DNA of 64,000 nucleotides, taken from positions 252 through 64,251 of the forward strand of contig DAOLZQ010000007.1 in NCBI GenBank assembly GCA_035426385.1. Reading direction: 5' to 3'. Source of the DNA: Saprospiraceae bacterium. Its GTDB lineage: Bacteria > Bacteroidota > Bacteroidia > Chitinophagales > Saprospiraceae. This document shows, piece after piece, positions 8,941-18,124 of this stretch. Within the stretch, counting starts at the first letter, position 1; each line of letters begins with the position of its first letter. The notes below the pieces were generated by a model that was not told the DNA's origin, searched no databases, and worked only from the letters and a program-made list of their open reading frames with translations. The position numbers were made by a program, and so were the translations under genes.

Positions 8941-8975
8941 GGCGATGGACTCACCGTTAATTCTGACAGCGTAGA

Positions 8976-10208
8976 ATGCAAGAGCTATCTCGATACAACG
9001 CTTGGATATCATTAAGCATATTCCTGGTCCTCTTTTCAGGGTGTAAATCAGGTGAGTTCTTCAGAAATCACTCTTCTTCGGTTGAAATACCTTTTGAAGT
9101 AAACAATAACTTCATCATACTTACCTTCAGTGTAAATGGACTAAGCGACAGTAAATTCATTTTTGATACAGGGTCGGAAAATTCGCTCTTTTTTGAAAAA
9201 TCGGTAGCAGAACTAATGGGCTTTCGAATGGTTCGTGAGGTAAAGATCATGGGATCCGATCTGACACAGGAGATTCGTGCCTATATCGCCATCGGCGTGA
9301 AGTTTAACACCATAAATAATGAGTTTAAGGGGGATATACTGGTGCTGGATGAAGATATTTTTCGATTGGACGAATATTTTGGGTTCCGGGTGAGTGGCAT
9401 CATTGGCAATAATATGTTCAAAAATAAGCAGGTAGAAATCGATTTTGACAAGCGTGTACTGCGACTTTATGAAGAACATCCTACCCCTCCCCTCTCTTCC
9501 TACACGCTGACAGAAAGTATTTGGCAAAATGGAAAACCATATGTCTTTCCAAAATTAGTTAGTCTGCCTACCGACTCAGCACTGGCAGTTAAATTGCTAT
9601 TTGATACAGGGGCCACTCTGGGCTTACTGATTTACAATGCTGAAAGTTCAGGACTTTCCTATCCATCTTCACTGATTCCGGGCAATCTGGGCATGGGAAT
9701 AGGAGGTCCTATAAAGGGATACATCGGCCGTATCCACAGCGTCGAACTGGGTGATTTTAAATTAAATAATCTGGTGACTCATTTTCACGCTCTTGACTCT
9801 ACTCTTCGTATGGCTGACAAAAGCAAAAAAGACGGGATCCTCGGAAATGGAATCATCAGTAAGTTCAATGTCTATCTGGATTATGTCAATTCGAAGGTCT
9901 ATCTCAAACCAAATAAGAGCTATTCACTACCTGTAACATCTGATCGCAGTGGTATGCTGGTCATCTCAGGTGGAATAAATCTGGATCAATTCATAGTCAG
10001 AGAAGTTATTGCTATATCTCCGGCTGCTGAAGCGGATATCAGACCCGGTGATATAATCCTGAAAGTCAATGGCTTTAATGTTAAATTTATGACTTTGTCT
10101 CAACTGAATGGCTTGCTCAGCAATCCAAAAAGAGAAAAAGTAAGACTTATATTGATGCGTGGAGCAGAGCGGTTGGAAAGAGTGGTTTTACTTAGGGATC
10201 TGATTTGA
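8976..10208 (+). CDS. lipoprotein with two retropepsin-like aspartic protease lobes and a C-terminal PDZ domain
   Basis: Lipobox LFSGC. There are two D-T-G motifs (FIFDTGSENS and LLFDTGATLG). The C-terminus ISPAAEADIRPGDIILKVNG is PDZ-like. Confidence 0.65.
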   Translation: MQELSRYNAWISLSIFLVLFSGCKSGEFFRNHSSSVEIPFEVNNNFIILTFSVNGLSDSKFIFDTGSENSLFFEKSVAELMGFRMVREVKIMGSDLTQEIRAYIAIGVKFNTINNEFKGDILVLDEDIFRLDEYFGFRVSGIIGNNMFKNKQVEIDFDKRVLRLYEEHPTPPLSSYTLTESIWQNGKPYVFPKLVSLPTDSALAVKLLFDTGATLGLLIYNAESSGLSYPSSLIPGNLGMGIGGPIKGYIGRIHSVELGDFKLNNLVTHFHALDSTLRMADKSKKDGILGNGIISKFNVYLDYVNSKVYLKPNKSYSLPVTSDRSGMLVISGGINLDQFIVREVIAISPAAEADIRPGDIILKVNGFNVKFMTLSQLNGLLSNPKREKVRLILMRGAERLERVVLLRDLI

Positions 10209-10251
10209 AAAAAATACTTATTACGGATTTTGTTAATTGACCAATAGAACC

Positions 10252-10259
10252 TATCTTTG
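10252..10259 (+). promoter_or_regulatory. -7 promoter box TATCTTTG for rplU-rpmA
   Basis: Exact TAnnTTTG, 29 nt upstream of the rplU ATG. A TTTG at 10229-10232 is a plausible -33 element with about 19-bp spacing. Confidence 0.5.
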
Positions 10260-10288
10260 CCCGATTTTTAAAATAAAAGAATATAACT

Positions 10289-10945
10289 ATGTTTGCTATT
10301 GTTTCAATAGCCGGTCAACAGTTCAAAGTCGAGGAGGGTCAGCAGATCTTCGTCCACCGGTTAGATGCAAAGAAGGGTGACAAGATCACCTTCGACCAGA
10401 TTCACCTCACAGCTGATGGTGGAAATGTAAATGTCGGTACCCCTACACTGAAAGGTATGGGTATCCAGGCTACTGTAATAGAAGAGATGCTCAAGGGCGA
10501 CAAGGTCATCATCTTTAAGAAGAAAAGACGCAAAGGCTACAGGCTGAAAAAGGGACACAGACAACAATACACAAAATTGGAAATCAACTCTATTTCAGGT
10601 GTTGCTGCAAAGTCTGAAAAGGCGCAAAGCACGAAGGTAAAAGAAAGTGCACCCTCGACTCAGCCCAAGGCTCCTGAAACGGTGCAAATGGATGATCTGA
10701 CTATTGTAGAAGGAATAGGACCTAAGGTTCAGGAACTATTTAATGCCCACGACATCCATACCTATGCTCAACTTGCTGCTACAGATATAGCTGATCTGAA
10801 GAAAATACTGGATAATCAGGGTGGAACTTATCAAGCTATGGATCCGGGTACCTGGCCTAAACAAGCTGGAATGGCTGCCGAAGGCAAAATGGACGAATTA
10901 AAAGCTTGGCAGGATGAAATGCAAGGCGGTAGAAGCGAAGCATAA
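10289..10945 (+). CDS. rplU: 50S ribosomal protein L21 with about 115-aa C-terminal extension containing a helix-hairpin-helix-like motif
   Basis: MFAIVSIAGQQFKVEEGQ...KGHRQQYTKLEI is canonical L21 (about 100 aa). The tail contains LTIVEGIGPKVQELFNAHDIHTYAQLA. Confidence 0.9.
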   Translation: MFAIVSIAGQQFKVEEGQQIFVHRLDAKKGDKITFDQIHLTADGGNVNVGTPTLKGMGIQATVIEEMLKGDKVIIFKKKRRKGYRLKKGHRQQYTKLEINSISGVAAKSEKAQSTKVKESAPSTQPKAPETVQMDDLTIVEGIGPKVQELFNAHDIHTYAQLAATDIADLKKILDNQGGTYQAMDPGTWPKQAGMAAEGKMDELKAWQDEMQGGRSEA

Positions 10946-10976
10946 TTATTTATAAATAAATTAAAATTCAAACAAA

Positions 10977-11231
10977 ATGGCACATAAGAAAGGAGTCGGT
11001 AGTTCGGATAATGGCAGGGATAGTTTAAGTAAACGCCTTGGTGTTAAATTATTTGGAGGTGAAGTTGCTATAGCAGGCAATATCATCATCCGTCAGCGCG
11101 GTACTAAATACCATCCAGGTACAAATGTAGGGTTAGGTAAAGATTTTACCATCTATGCACTCACCGATGGCACAGTTGCCTTCCGCAAAGGAAGAAAGGA
11201 CAGAACATTTGTGGATATTGTAGCTCAATAA
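10977..11231 (+). CDS. rpmA: 50S ribosomal protein L27
   Basis: [34 protein letters not shown] is canonical L27. Confidence 0.95.
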   Translation: MAHKKGVGSSDNGRDSLSKRLGVKLFGGEVAIAGNIIIRQRGTKYHPGTNVGLGKDFTIYALTDGTVAFRKGRKDRTFVDIVAQ

Positions 11232-11253
11232 TCCCGATTAAAAATCTATAGAA

Positions 11254-11283
11254 AGCCTCACTGAAAACAGTGAGGCTTTTTTT
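11254..11283 (+). terminator. rho-independent terminator after rpmA
   Basis: 10-bp perfect stem AGCCTCACTG / CAGTGAGGCT with an AAAA loop, followed by a run of six T residues. Confidence 0.8.
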
Positions 11284-11563
11284 GTTACTTTTTTGACTGT
11301 TCAAAAAAGTAAAGAAATTCTATCGAAGCTATGCGTTTTTTAAAGCATGAGAGTTGAGTATAAGAAGAATGACTAAACTCAAAGTTTACAACTAGTACAA
11401 TCAGAACGAATGAGGGAAAAGTGTCCCTACTACGGACAAACCTAGCTCTAGGAAGTAACTTTAGCGAAACTTTTATCCTTATGGGATTAGTTATCTTATT
11501 AGTTGACTTTTCTACCAATGGCATCCCTAAGGGATGAAAGGCTAGGCCGGTTTAAAATTCCAT

Positions 11564-13858
11564 CTATTTTCTGGATTTCTTGCGAGTACCAGTAGTCTTC
11601 TTGATCTTTTTAGGTTGCTGTTTTACCGCTTTTAGAACAGCAGGCTTTACAGAAGTATCCAATTTGTCAGTAAGTTCGACCGCAAGGACATTAGCACCTT
11701 CGTCACGCATCTGCTGAAGGCTAGTAGGTCGTCGGGCCACTTCCCAACTGAACCCTTTCAACTGAATGTCGGCATGATTCACCTTGTTCATCGGATAGTA
11801 CTTCCCGTCATTTTGCCTGTAAAATCGGATGCGATCTAATTTGTTATCCATAAACCAGGCAGTAAGATGGGCACAGTCCATAGTATTGACACCAGTATAT
11901 TCTTTCTTGTCATTTTGTGTATAAAATACAGTCCTGGCATTACCATTTACTGTCATCTGAGCTAATTGGCTATCATTCATGTATGCGTGAATATCCGCTC
12001 CGGCGATTTGATTGAAATATACCTGCTCAGGAGTGGTCAGAACAGATGCCTTATCCTTAAGGTGTAGTTCAGAGAGCTGTCTGTTCTTCATATATACGTA
12101 GATGGTATCTGCCTTATATTGATTGATGGTATCGCTCCAGAGTATGGGTCTATTAAACAGTCGTAGCGTACTATCAAGTGATGAATAGTACAATGAATCA
12201 CCTGCACCCTGGAATTTATTAGAGAAGATCTTCACCTTGTGATATGCCTGGATGATACGTGTACTGTCAGTAGACTCCGAGATTGAAATCGTGTCCTGAG
12301 CTAGTTCCGGAAAGGGCTCCGGCTTTGTCACCGGGCTGGTATCCCCCTTAATCACAAAATCATCGACAGAAATGGGCTGAGTTCCAGCCGGTTCTTTGGG
12401 GTCCATACCCTTAGTCTCTTTCGGTTTTTTGACCTCGGGTTTGTTTCCCTTTGAGTTAGGTGTCGGCTTCTTTTTTACTACGTCTTTGACATTTTTCTTT
12501 GGAGCAACAGGTGTTTTGCGATCACTATTCTTTAGGGTGGTACTGTCAGTATCCATTACATTACTCGAGTCAGCGGAATTTAATAAATCTGATTTTTTCA
12601 GTACAAATGATTTCAAAGTATCTGCCGACAGATAAATGGTATCTGCGGCATCTACCAGACTTACCATCGCCCGCTTGCCATAGGCAACCAGACTGCCCGC
12701 CTTACGATCTGTAAGTGCTTCTTCTGCCCAGATGGTGGACTTATCCTTGATACTATGCCATACTACATTGCCTCTGGAGATGCCCTTGCCGGTCTCATTA
12801 TTGAATTGGTTAAATTCGGCACTCAGTATATTGTCCTTGCTGACCAGCCGTGAGCGACCTTCAGTCACCACAGAATTATTTCGCTTGTCAAACTTTATTC
12901 TCGCGCCGTTGAGTGTAGTCTCCGCATCTTGAAAATAAGCATTACCACTGATATCATAAAAATCGATATTTTCATAATACTTGATCTGTTCCCCTCTGAC
13001 ATATCGCAACGAATCCACATACCGTGCATCTCCAAAAAGTCCATAGTACCCATTCAGACCATCATATTCCATTTTACGAGCCATCGCTCTGGCATCTCCG
13101 GCTTGATACTGAGGACTGCCAGTAAAAACACCCTTTCGTGCATCTATGTCATAATACCCACTCTCACAGTACATCTTGGTACCATTGGACTGGGTGATTA
13201 TAGTCGGACTTAGGAAATTGACCAGTCGGGTCCTCAAGTTGTAACTCAACTTCAGTGCCTTTATGTTGAAGTCAGGATCATTTACGTATACATTGCCACT
13301 GAGTAGCGCATCTTCGCTAGATGTATTGTACTCGCAGGAGGTACTCTTTACCCAGGTCTTACCATTGGTTACTACCCCACCCTTGTCATAGCGGGCTATC
13401 TTTGACCGGATATTGTACGACAGCTTTTCAGTATAAAGGCGCTGATCGCCTTTGAGAAAGGCCACCCGGGAATATACCTCGCACTGCTTGGTATCGCCAT
13501 TATAATACAGCGAATCACCAAATATGGTGAGAGTATCTCCTTGCTGGATGAGTACATTGCCTTTTGCACGCACTGTATTGTCCGTCTTGTACACCGTGTC
13601 GGCATAGAAATATACTCCCTTCTGACTAAACTCTACCTTTCCGTAAAACAAGCTCTTCTTACCCCCTTCCAGTACCACTCCATATTGAGCCTGGTCAAAA
13701 TTTATTATGTCCGTAGTATCTGCTTTTTGGGCATAGGAAGCCATGCTACTCAGAAGGATGATCAGGAGGATACAGAGTACACGGTGGGTGTATGGAAAGT
13801 GGAGTCGGTAGTTCAGTGAGTTTATATTTTTATATTCATGACGTAAACTTAAGCACAA
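11564..13858 (-). CDS. OstA/LptD-N-like repeat protein with lysine-rich insert
   Basis: Signal peptide followed by repeated OstA-like beta-jellyroll segments (GKVEFSQKGVYFYADTVY, GNVLIQQGDTLTIFGDSLYY and similar). A K/P-rich low-complexity block lies mid-protein. Confidence 0.65.
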   Translation of the reverse strand: MCLSLRHEYKNINSLNYRLHFPYTHRVLCILLIILLSSMASYAQKADTTDIINFDQAQYGVVLEGGKKSLFYGKVEFSQKGVYFYADTVYKTDNTVRAKGNVLIQQGDTLTIFGDSLYYNGDTKQCEVYSRVAFLKGDQRLYTEKLSYNIRSKIARYDKGGVVTNGKTWVKSTSCEYNTSSEDALLSGNVYVNDPDFNIKALKLSYNLRTRLVNFLSPTIITQSNGTKMYCESGYYDIDARKGVFTGSPQYQAGDARAMARKMEYDGLNGYYGLFGDARYVDSLRYVRGEQIKYYENIDFYDISGNAYFQDAETTLNGARIKFDKRNNSVVTEGRSRLVSKDNILSAEFNQFNNETGKGISRGNVVWHSIKDKSTIWAEEALTDRKAGSLVAYGKRAMVSLVDAADTIYLSADTLKSFVLKKSDLLNSADSSNVMDTDSTTLKNSDRKTPVAPKKNVKDVVKKKPTPNSKGNKPEVKKPKETKGMDPKEPAGTQPISVDDFVIKGDTSPVTKPEPFPELAQDTISISESTDSTRIIQAYHKVKIFSNKFQGAGDSLYYSSLDSTLRLFNRPILWSDTINQYKADTIYVYMKNRQLSELHLKDKASVLTTPEQVYFNQIAGADIHAYMNDSQLAQMTVNGNARTVFYTQNDKKEYTGVNTMDCAHLTAWFMDNKLDRIRFYRQNDGKYYPMNKVNHADIQLKGFSWEVARRPTSLQQMRDEGANVLAVELTDKLDTSVKPAVLKAVKQQPKKIKKTTGTRKKSRK

Positions 13859-13958
13859 CCTGCTATTAATAAAAAGTTAAGATGTCATATTGAGAAATAA
13901 AAAATTCAGAGGACGTGCTCTACCCCGCCATATATTCTATATTCACTAAAAAATTACA

Positions 13959-14408
13959 ATGAATATCCATATCAGGACTGCAGTGAAATCAGACTGCCCG
14001 CAATTAATGAAGCTCATACGCGAACTGGCAGAATTTGAAAGAGCTGCAGACCAAGTTACAGTCACTCCACAGCAATTTGAAGAAAGTGGATTCGGTGACA
14101 ATCCGGTTTGGTGGGCCTTTGTGGCTGAAGTAGATGAAAAAATAGTGGGCATGGCGCTATACTATGTGCGGTACTCTACCTGGAAGGGAAGACGTCTCTA
14201 CCTGGAAGATATCATAGTGACTCAAGAGATGAGAGGCCATAAGATTGGTTCTCAGCTCATGGAAGTCATCATCAACGAAGCAAAGGTCGGTGACTATACC
14301 GGACTGATGTGGCAGGCGCTGGACTGGAATCAACCCGCTATAGAATTTTATATTTCCTTAGGTGCCAAAGCGGACAGTGAATGGATCAATTTTCAAATGG
14401 ATGTATAA
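13959..14408 (+). CDS. GNAT-family N-acetyltransferase (diamine acetyltransferase-like)
   Basis: 149 aa. The IVTQEMRGHKIGSQLM motif is an acetyl-CoA-binding motif A-like Q/RxxGxG/A. Confidence 0.75.
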   Translation: MNIHIRTAVKSDCPQLMKLIRELAEFERAADQVTVTPQQFEESGFGDNPVWWAFVAEVDEKIVGMALYYVRYSTWKGRRLYLEDIIVTQEMRGHKIGSQLMEVIINEAKVGDYTGLMWQALDWNQPAIEFYISLGAKADSEWINFQMDV

Positions 14409-14444
14409 GATAGGTTATTTACTGATTGTCTTAAATTAATCCAA

Positions 14445-15257
14445 TTAAATTTGATCTGCAAGCAATTGTGCCATTTCTTTGGCAATCTCGCATGCCTTTT
14501 CACCTGCCTTCAGGTCAAAATCATCGCCTGAGCTTGCATAGATAATCTGGCGGGAATAATTGGCTAATATGCCAGCTTCACCCGGAACCAGAATGTGACT
14601 GACATCGCTCAATTTGCCTCCCTGCGCCCCAAATCCGGGAATCAAAAAGAAATAACCGGGCGCTATTGCCCTGATCTGAGTAAGCTCTTCCGCATTCTGA
14701 GCGCCAACTACAAACATGATTTGTTCAGGTGACCACTTGCTGACGCATTGGGCTACAACCTCTAAGTATAAGGGGCGGCCAGTAGATAATTCAAGCATTT
14801 GAAAATCATTGCTACCTGCATTCGAGGTCTTTGCCAGGATTATGGCCATTTTACCCTTACGAGTCAGAAATGGTGCTATGCTATCAGCGCCCATGTAAGG
14901 CGAAAGAGTTACTGCATTAAATTGCATGCGCTCGAAAAAAGCTCTAGCATAAGCCTCGGCGGTGTTTCCAATATCACCCCGCTTGGCATCTGCGATGGCA
15001 AAACATTCTCTTGGAATATACTCTATCACACGTTCTAAACTGGCTAATCCTGCCGACCCATTGGCCTCGAAGAAAGCCAGATTGGGCTTGTAAGCCACTG
15101 CATATGGCAGAGTAGCGTCGATAATCCGTTTACAAAATTCAAACATTGGGTCAGCAGCAGATAAAAGCGAGACCGGCAACTTCTCCACTACAGGATCCAA
15201 TCCAACACAGAGAAAGGATTGTTTGCTTCTTATTTGATCAGTTAATATTGATAACAT
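14445..15257 (-). CDS. pyrF: orotidine-5-phosphate decarboxylase (type 2)
   Basis: LCVGLDP, YKPNLAFFE and ADAKRGDIGNT motifs are characteristic of long-form PyrF. Confidence 0.9.
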   Translation of the reverse strand: MLSILTDQIRSKQSFLCVGLDPVVEKLPVSLLSAADPMFEFCKRIIDATLPYAVAYKPNLAFFEANGSAGLASLERVIEYIPRECFAIADAKRGDIGNTAEAYARAFFERMQFNAVTLSPYMGADSIAPFLTRKGKMAIILAKTSNAGSNDFQMLELSTGRPLYLEVVAQCVSKWSPEQIMFVVGAQNAEELTQIRAIAPGYFFLIPGFGAQGGKLSDVSHILVPGEAGILANYSRQIIYASSGDDFDLKAGEKACEIAKEMAQLLADQI

Positions 15258-15267
15258 CCTATTGATT

Positions 15268-15885
15268 CTATAATTTAAAATTTCGCAATTGCTCGATAAA
15301 GTATCCCCATAGTTCCGGCTTCAGCAGTAAGGTAAAAACAAACCCAAAGATACCACCGGTCAGGTGAGCCATGTGATTGACGTGATCACGCCGACGACGA
15401 TCCGCCCAAAAGCTGTAAGCGATATACAGAATGGCAGCAACCACTGAATAAATAGGGATCACACCATACAGGTATAGCTTGTTCCAGGGATTGAATATGA
15501 CATAAGCAAAAAGTACTGCAGACACTGCTCCACTTGCTCCCAAGCCTCGGAACCCCGGATTATCCTTATTCTTGAAGTACCCTATAGCATTGGGAACTAT
15601 GACCCCAAGCAAAAGTAATAGTGTATAGTAATAATCTCCAAGTGGGCCAAAGATCTCTGTATACTGTTGCTCTACGAACTGTCCGAACTGGTATAACACA
15701 AACATATTGATGATCAGATGCATCCAGTCAGCGTGTATGAAGCCACTACTGAGCAATCGGTACCATTCATTGAACCGCTTCTCACGGTAAGGCCAGTCCA
15801 GTAGTTTCAACATTAAAGGTTGGTTGGAAAAAGCAATATAAGAAGTGATGCAACATAATATGATGAAAATCAAGTTAATAGTCAT
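15268..15885 (-). CDS. rhomboid-family intramembrane serine protease
   Basis: Multi-TM protein with GFIHADWMHLIINM, GASGAV (catalytic Ser) and a downstream HLTG histidine. Confidence 0.8.
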   Translation of the reverse strand: MTINLIFIILCCITSYIAFSNQPLMLKLLDWPYREKRFNEWYRLLSSGFIHADWMHLIINMFVLYQFGQFVEQQYTEIFGPLGDYYYTLLLLLGVIVPNAIGYFKNKDNPGFRGLGASGAVSAVLFAYVIFNPWNKLYLYGVIPIYSVVAAILYIAYSFWADRRRRDHVNHMAHLTGGIFGFVFTLLLKPELWGYFIEQLRNFKL

Positions 15886-15897
15886 GTCTGCTTTGAT

Positions 15898-16359
15898 TTA
15901 TTCATTGTGATAAGGATGCTTATTTATGATCGTAAATGCACGATATAATTGTTCTGTAAAGAGTAACTGAATCAATTTGTGTGAGAAGGTCATTGAAGAC
16001 AAGCTGATCTGATCGACAGCTCTCTCATATATCTCACCGCTAAATCCATAAGCACCTCCACAGAGAAATACGATTCGCTTTGATGAACCTGTGAATTTCT
16101 TTTCTATATACTCAGCGAATTGGATGCTGTTCATAGACTTGCCTCTTTCATCCAGTAGAATCAATGTGTCTGTAGGTTTTAATCGATCAAGAACGAACTG
16201 TCCTTCTTTTAGTTTTATGATTTCAATGCTTTTATCTCCTTTGTATGGAGACAAATGTACCGTTTCAAACTTTACAAAACTCTTTATGCGCTTGATGTAC
16301 TCTTGGACAGCGCTATCAAGTTCTTTTTCAGGTTTCCCAATCTGCCAGAATTCGATCAA
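15898..16359 (-). CDS. rlmH: 23S rRNA (pseudouridine1915-N3)-methyltransferase RlmH
   Basis: 153 aa. LDERGK and FLCGGAYGFS..SLSSMTFSH, a SPOUT-type C-terminal knot region. Confidence 0.85.
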   Translation of the reverse strand: MIEFWQIGKPEKELDSAVQEYIKRIKSFVKFETVHLSPYKGDKSIEIIKLKEGQFVLDRLKPTDTLILLDERGKSMNSIQFAEYIEKKFTGSSKRIVFLCGGAYGFSGEIYERAVDQISLSSMTFSHKLIQLLFTEQLYRAFTIINKHPYHNE

Positions 16360-16371
16360 ATTTGACCCATT

Positions 16372-18021
16372 TTAATATGATTGAATTCTTGAGATCAATT
16401 CCTTCCTGTCTGAATACGACTTAACAATATGAGACTTGATCAATTTCACTTTATCAGGGAAAGAATTGAAGAGCATTTCCTTCAGTAATTTTTCGACCGA
16501 CACATACGACTTATCACCAAGATGGCTGGTGAGAAATTGATCTACAATATGAACTATATCCTCATCAGATATGGTAATTTGCTGTCTGGTCAAAATGGGG
16601 AAATATCGCACCAAGCCTTCCATATTTAAATATTGGCAAATAAACAGTCCTGCGCGGCTGTATTCTTCATTTAGCATCAATATCATGAGGAATAAAGAGG
16701 AAGGTTCAAACTCATTCTCCGAAGTAAAAATTTGTAATAATGACTCGACCCATTGTTTCTGTTTGCGGGCTTCATCAAATTGGATAATTTTCAAAATGGA
16801 GCTATCAGCCCACTTCCCTGAATTCATTAAGTACTTAAACAACTCGGTATAAAGCTGTCTATTCTCTGATAGAATCAAGAAATTGCTAAACTGATTGAGC
16901 AACGCTTCAGAGCAATTTGCGAAATTGCGGCTCCCCACAGCTTTAATTATCTCTCTGGTCAGGCTCGCGTGAAGTGTCTTGCTCTCTTGTATGAAGGTCA
17001 GTACAGCAGATAGAAAGAAATCATCTTGTAGATTTCCCTGCAAAACATTCAGGAACTTAACATCCTTTTTATATTCGGTGTAATAAATCGCATAATAAAG
17101 CCAAGCGCCCTTATTGCGAACATCGTTCTCCTGCAATTTATCAAGAAAAATCTTCTTGATCTCTGCATGTCTATCCGGAAAAGCATGAGATACTAAAAAT
17201 TCAACAGCATTATACTTTTTAAAATAATTGTAAGCGTCCTGTCTGATCAAGTCAAAAAATAACTGTATGATCTGCCTGTAGAACGAAGGCGCCAGCTTCA
17301 TATTCAGATAAACATTCAAAATCTTGTGTGCCTGAACGTAAAAATTATTATTAAAAATCGAGAAATTGACTGCGCTTTCCAATTTCAATGCATGTAGAAA
17401 TAGTCCTCGAAGGACCATGAAGCTCTCTACGAATTCTTCATTTTCCAGCAATCTATCACAGCGATATAGGTGGATATTGAAAATATTTTCAATATCATAT
17501 ATCGCCTTTTTATTTTTTGATCCATCATTCTTGATGACCACGCGTGCATACTTGTCCAGATATTCTGAGAATAATTGCTCATCACCTGCCAGCTTATATT
17601 CAAAAAACTGCCGAAACTGGTTCTTAAACTGCACATTAGCCGGGACATAATACCTGATAAAGTCAAACAACTCATCTGAAGTGACCATTTCAAGTACCTG
17701 CTCAAAACTAAAGCGAACCGGATTTCGCATGCTGATCAATCCTTCTGTGGGGGGATTGAGTAGATAGAGTACAGCGGGAATATGCACACAGCCTCTGTCT
17801 TGCTTGAAGTCCGGACAACTGCAGACAGCATTTAGGATATATTTCTGAGTCTGAAACAGTTCTAGGCTGTATTGCCTGTTTTGTGAAGGCTTATACTTAG
17901 CTTCGATCTTATCCTTCTGTTGTATTACCTCCCAGTCACTGCGTACTGCGGCCAATTCTCGTGCGTTCCTGAGCCAAGCATCAGGAAATGACTCTTCAAA
18001 AGTTGACTTTTTGAATTTCAA
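16372..18021 (-). CDS. SWIM zinc-finger domain protein, otherwise uncharacterised helical protein
   Basis: CxC-x8-CxH motif C67-S-C69...C78-V-H80 (nt 17782-17823). The remainder is about 470 aa and predicted helical. There is a 12-nt gap to rlmH. Confidence 0.6.
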   Translation of the reverse strand: MKFKKSTFEESFPDAWLRNARELAAVRSDWEVIQQKDKIEAKYKPSQNRQYSLELFQTQKYILNAVCSCPDFKQDRGCVHIPAVLYLLNPPTEGLISMRNPVRFSFEQVLEMVTSDELFDFIRYYVPANVQFKNQFRQFFEYKLAGDEQLFSEYLDKYARVVIKNDGSKNKKAIYDIENIFNIHLYRCDRLLENEEFVESFMVLRGLFLHALKLESAVNFSIFNNNFYVQAHKILNVYLNMKLAPSFYRQIIQLFFDLIRQDAYNYFKKYNAVEFLVSHAFPDRHAEIKKIFLDKLQENDVRNKGAWLYYAIYYTEYKKDVKFLNVLQGNLQDDFFLSAVLTFIQESKTLHASLTREIIKAVGSRNFANCSEALLNQFSNFLILSENRQLYTELFKYLMNSGKWADSSILKIIQFDEARKQKQWVESLLQIFTSENEFEPSSLFLMILMLNEEYSRAGLFICQYLNMEGLVRYFPILTRQQITISDEDIVHIVDQFLTSHLGDKSYVSVEKLLKEMLFNSFPDKVKLIKSHIVKSYSDRKELISRIQSY

Positions 18022-18044
18022 AGCGGATTATAGATATTAAAAGA

Positions 18045-18052
18045 TATTTTTG
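18045..18052 (+). promoter_or_regulatory. -7 promoter box TATTTTTG
   Basis: Exact TAnnTTTG, 73 nt upstream of the ATG at 18125. Confidence 0.3.
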
Positions 18053-18124
18053 CCTTCGTGATTAATTGCCACAAATGAACATGTTTTAGTTTTTGCCGTT
18101 CCAAATTATAAATATTTTGAATAA

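Noticed and set aside
11285-11524. 79-aa minus-strand ORF in the rpmA / OstA-like convergent spacer.
   Set aside because: It has no promoter box, no recognisable motif and an odd composition. It also begins within a hairpin-rich region. I treated the region as non-coding (see finding).
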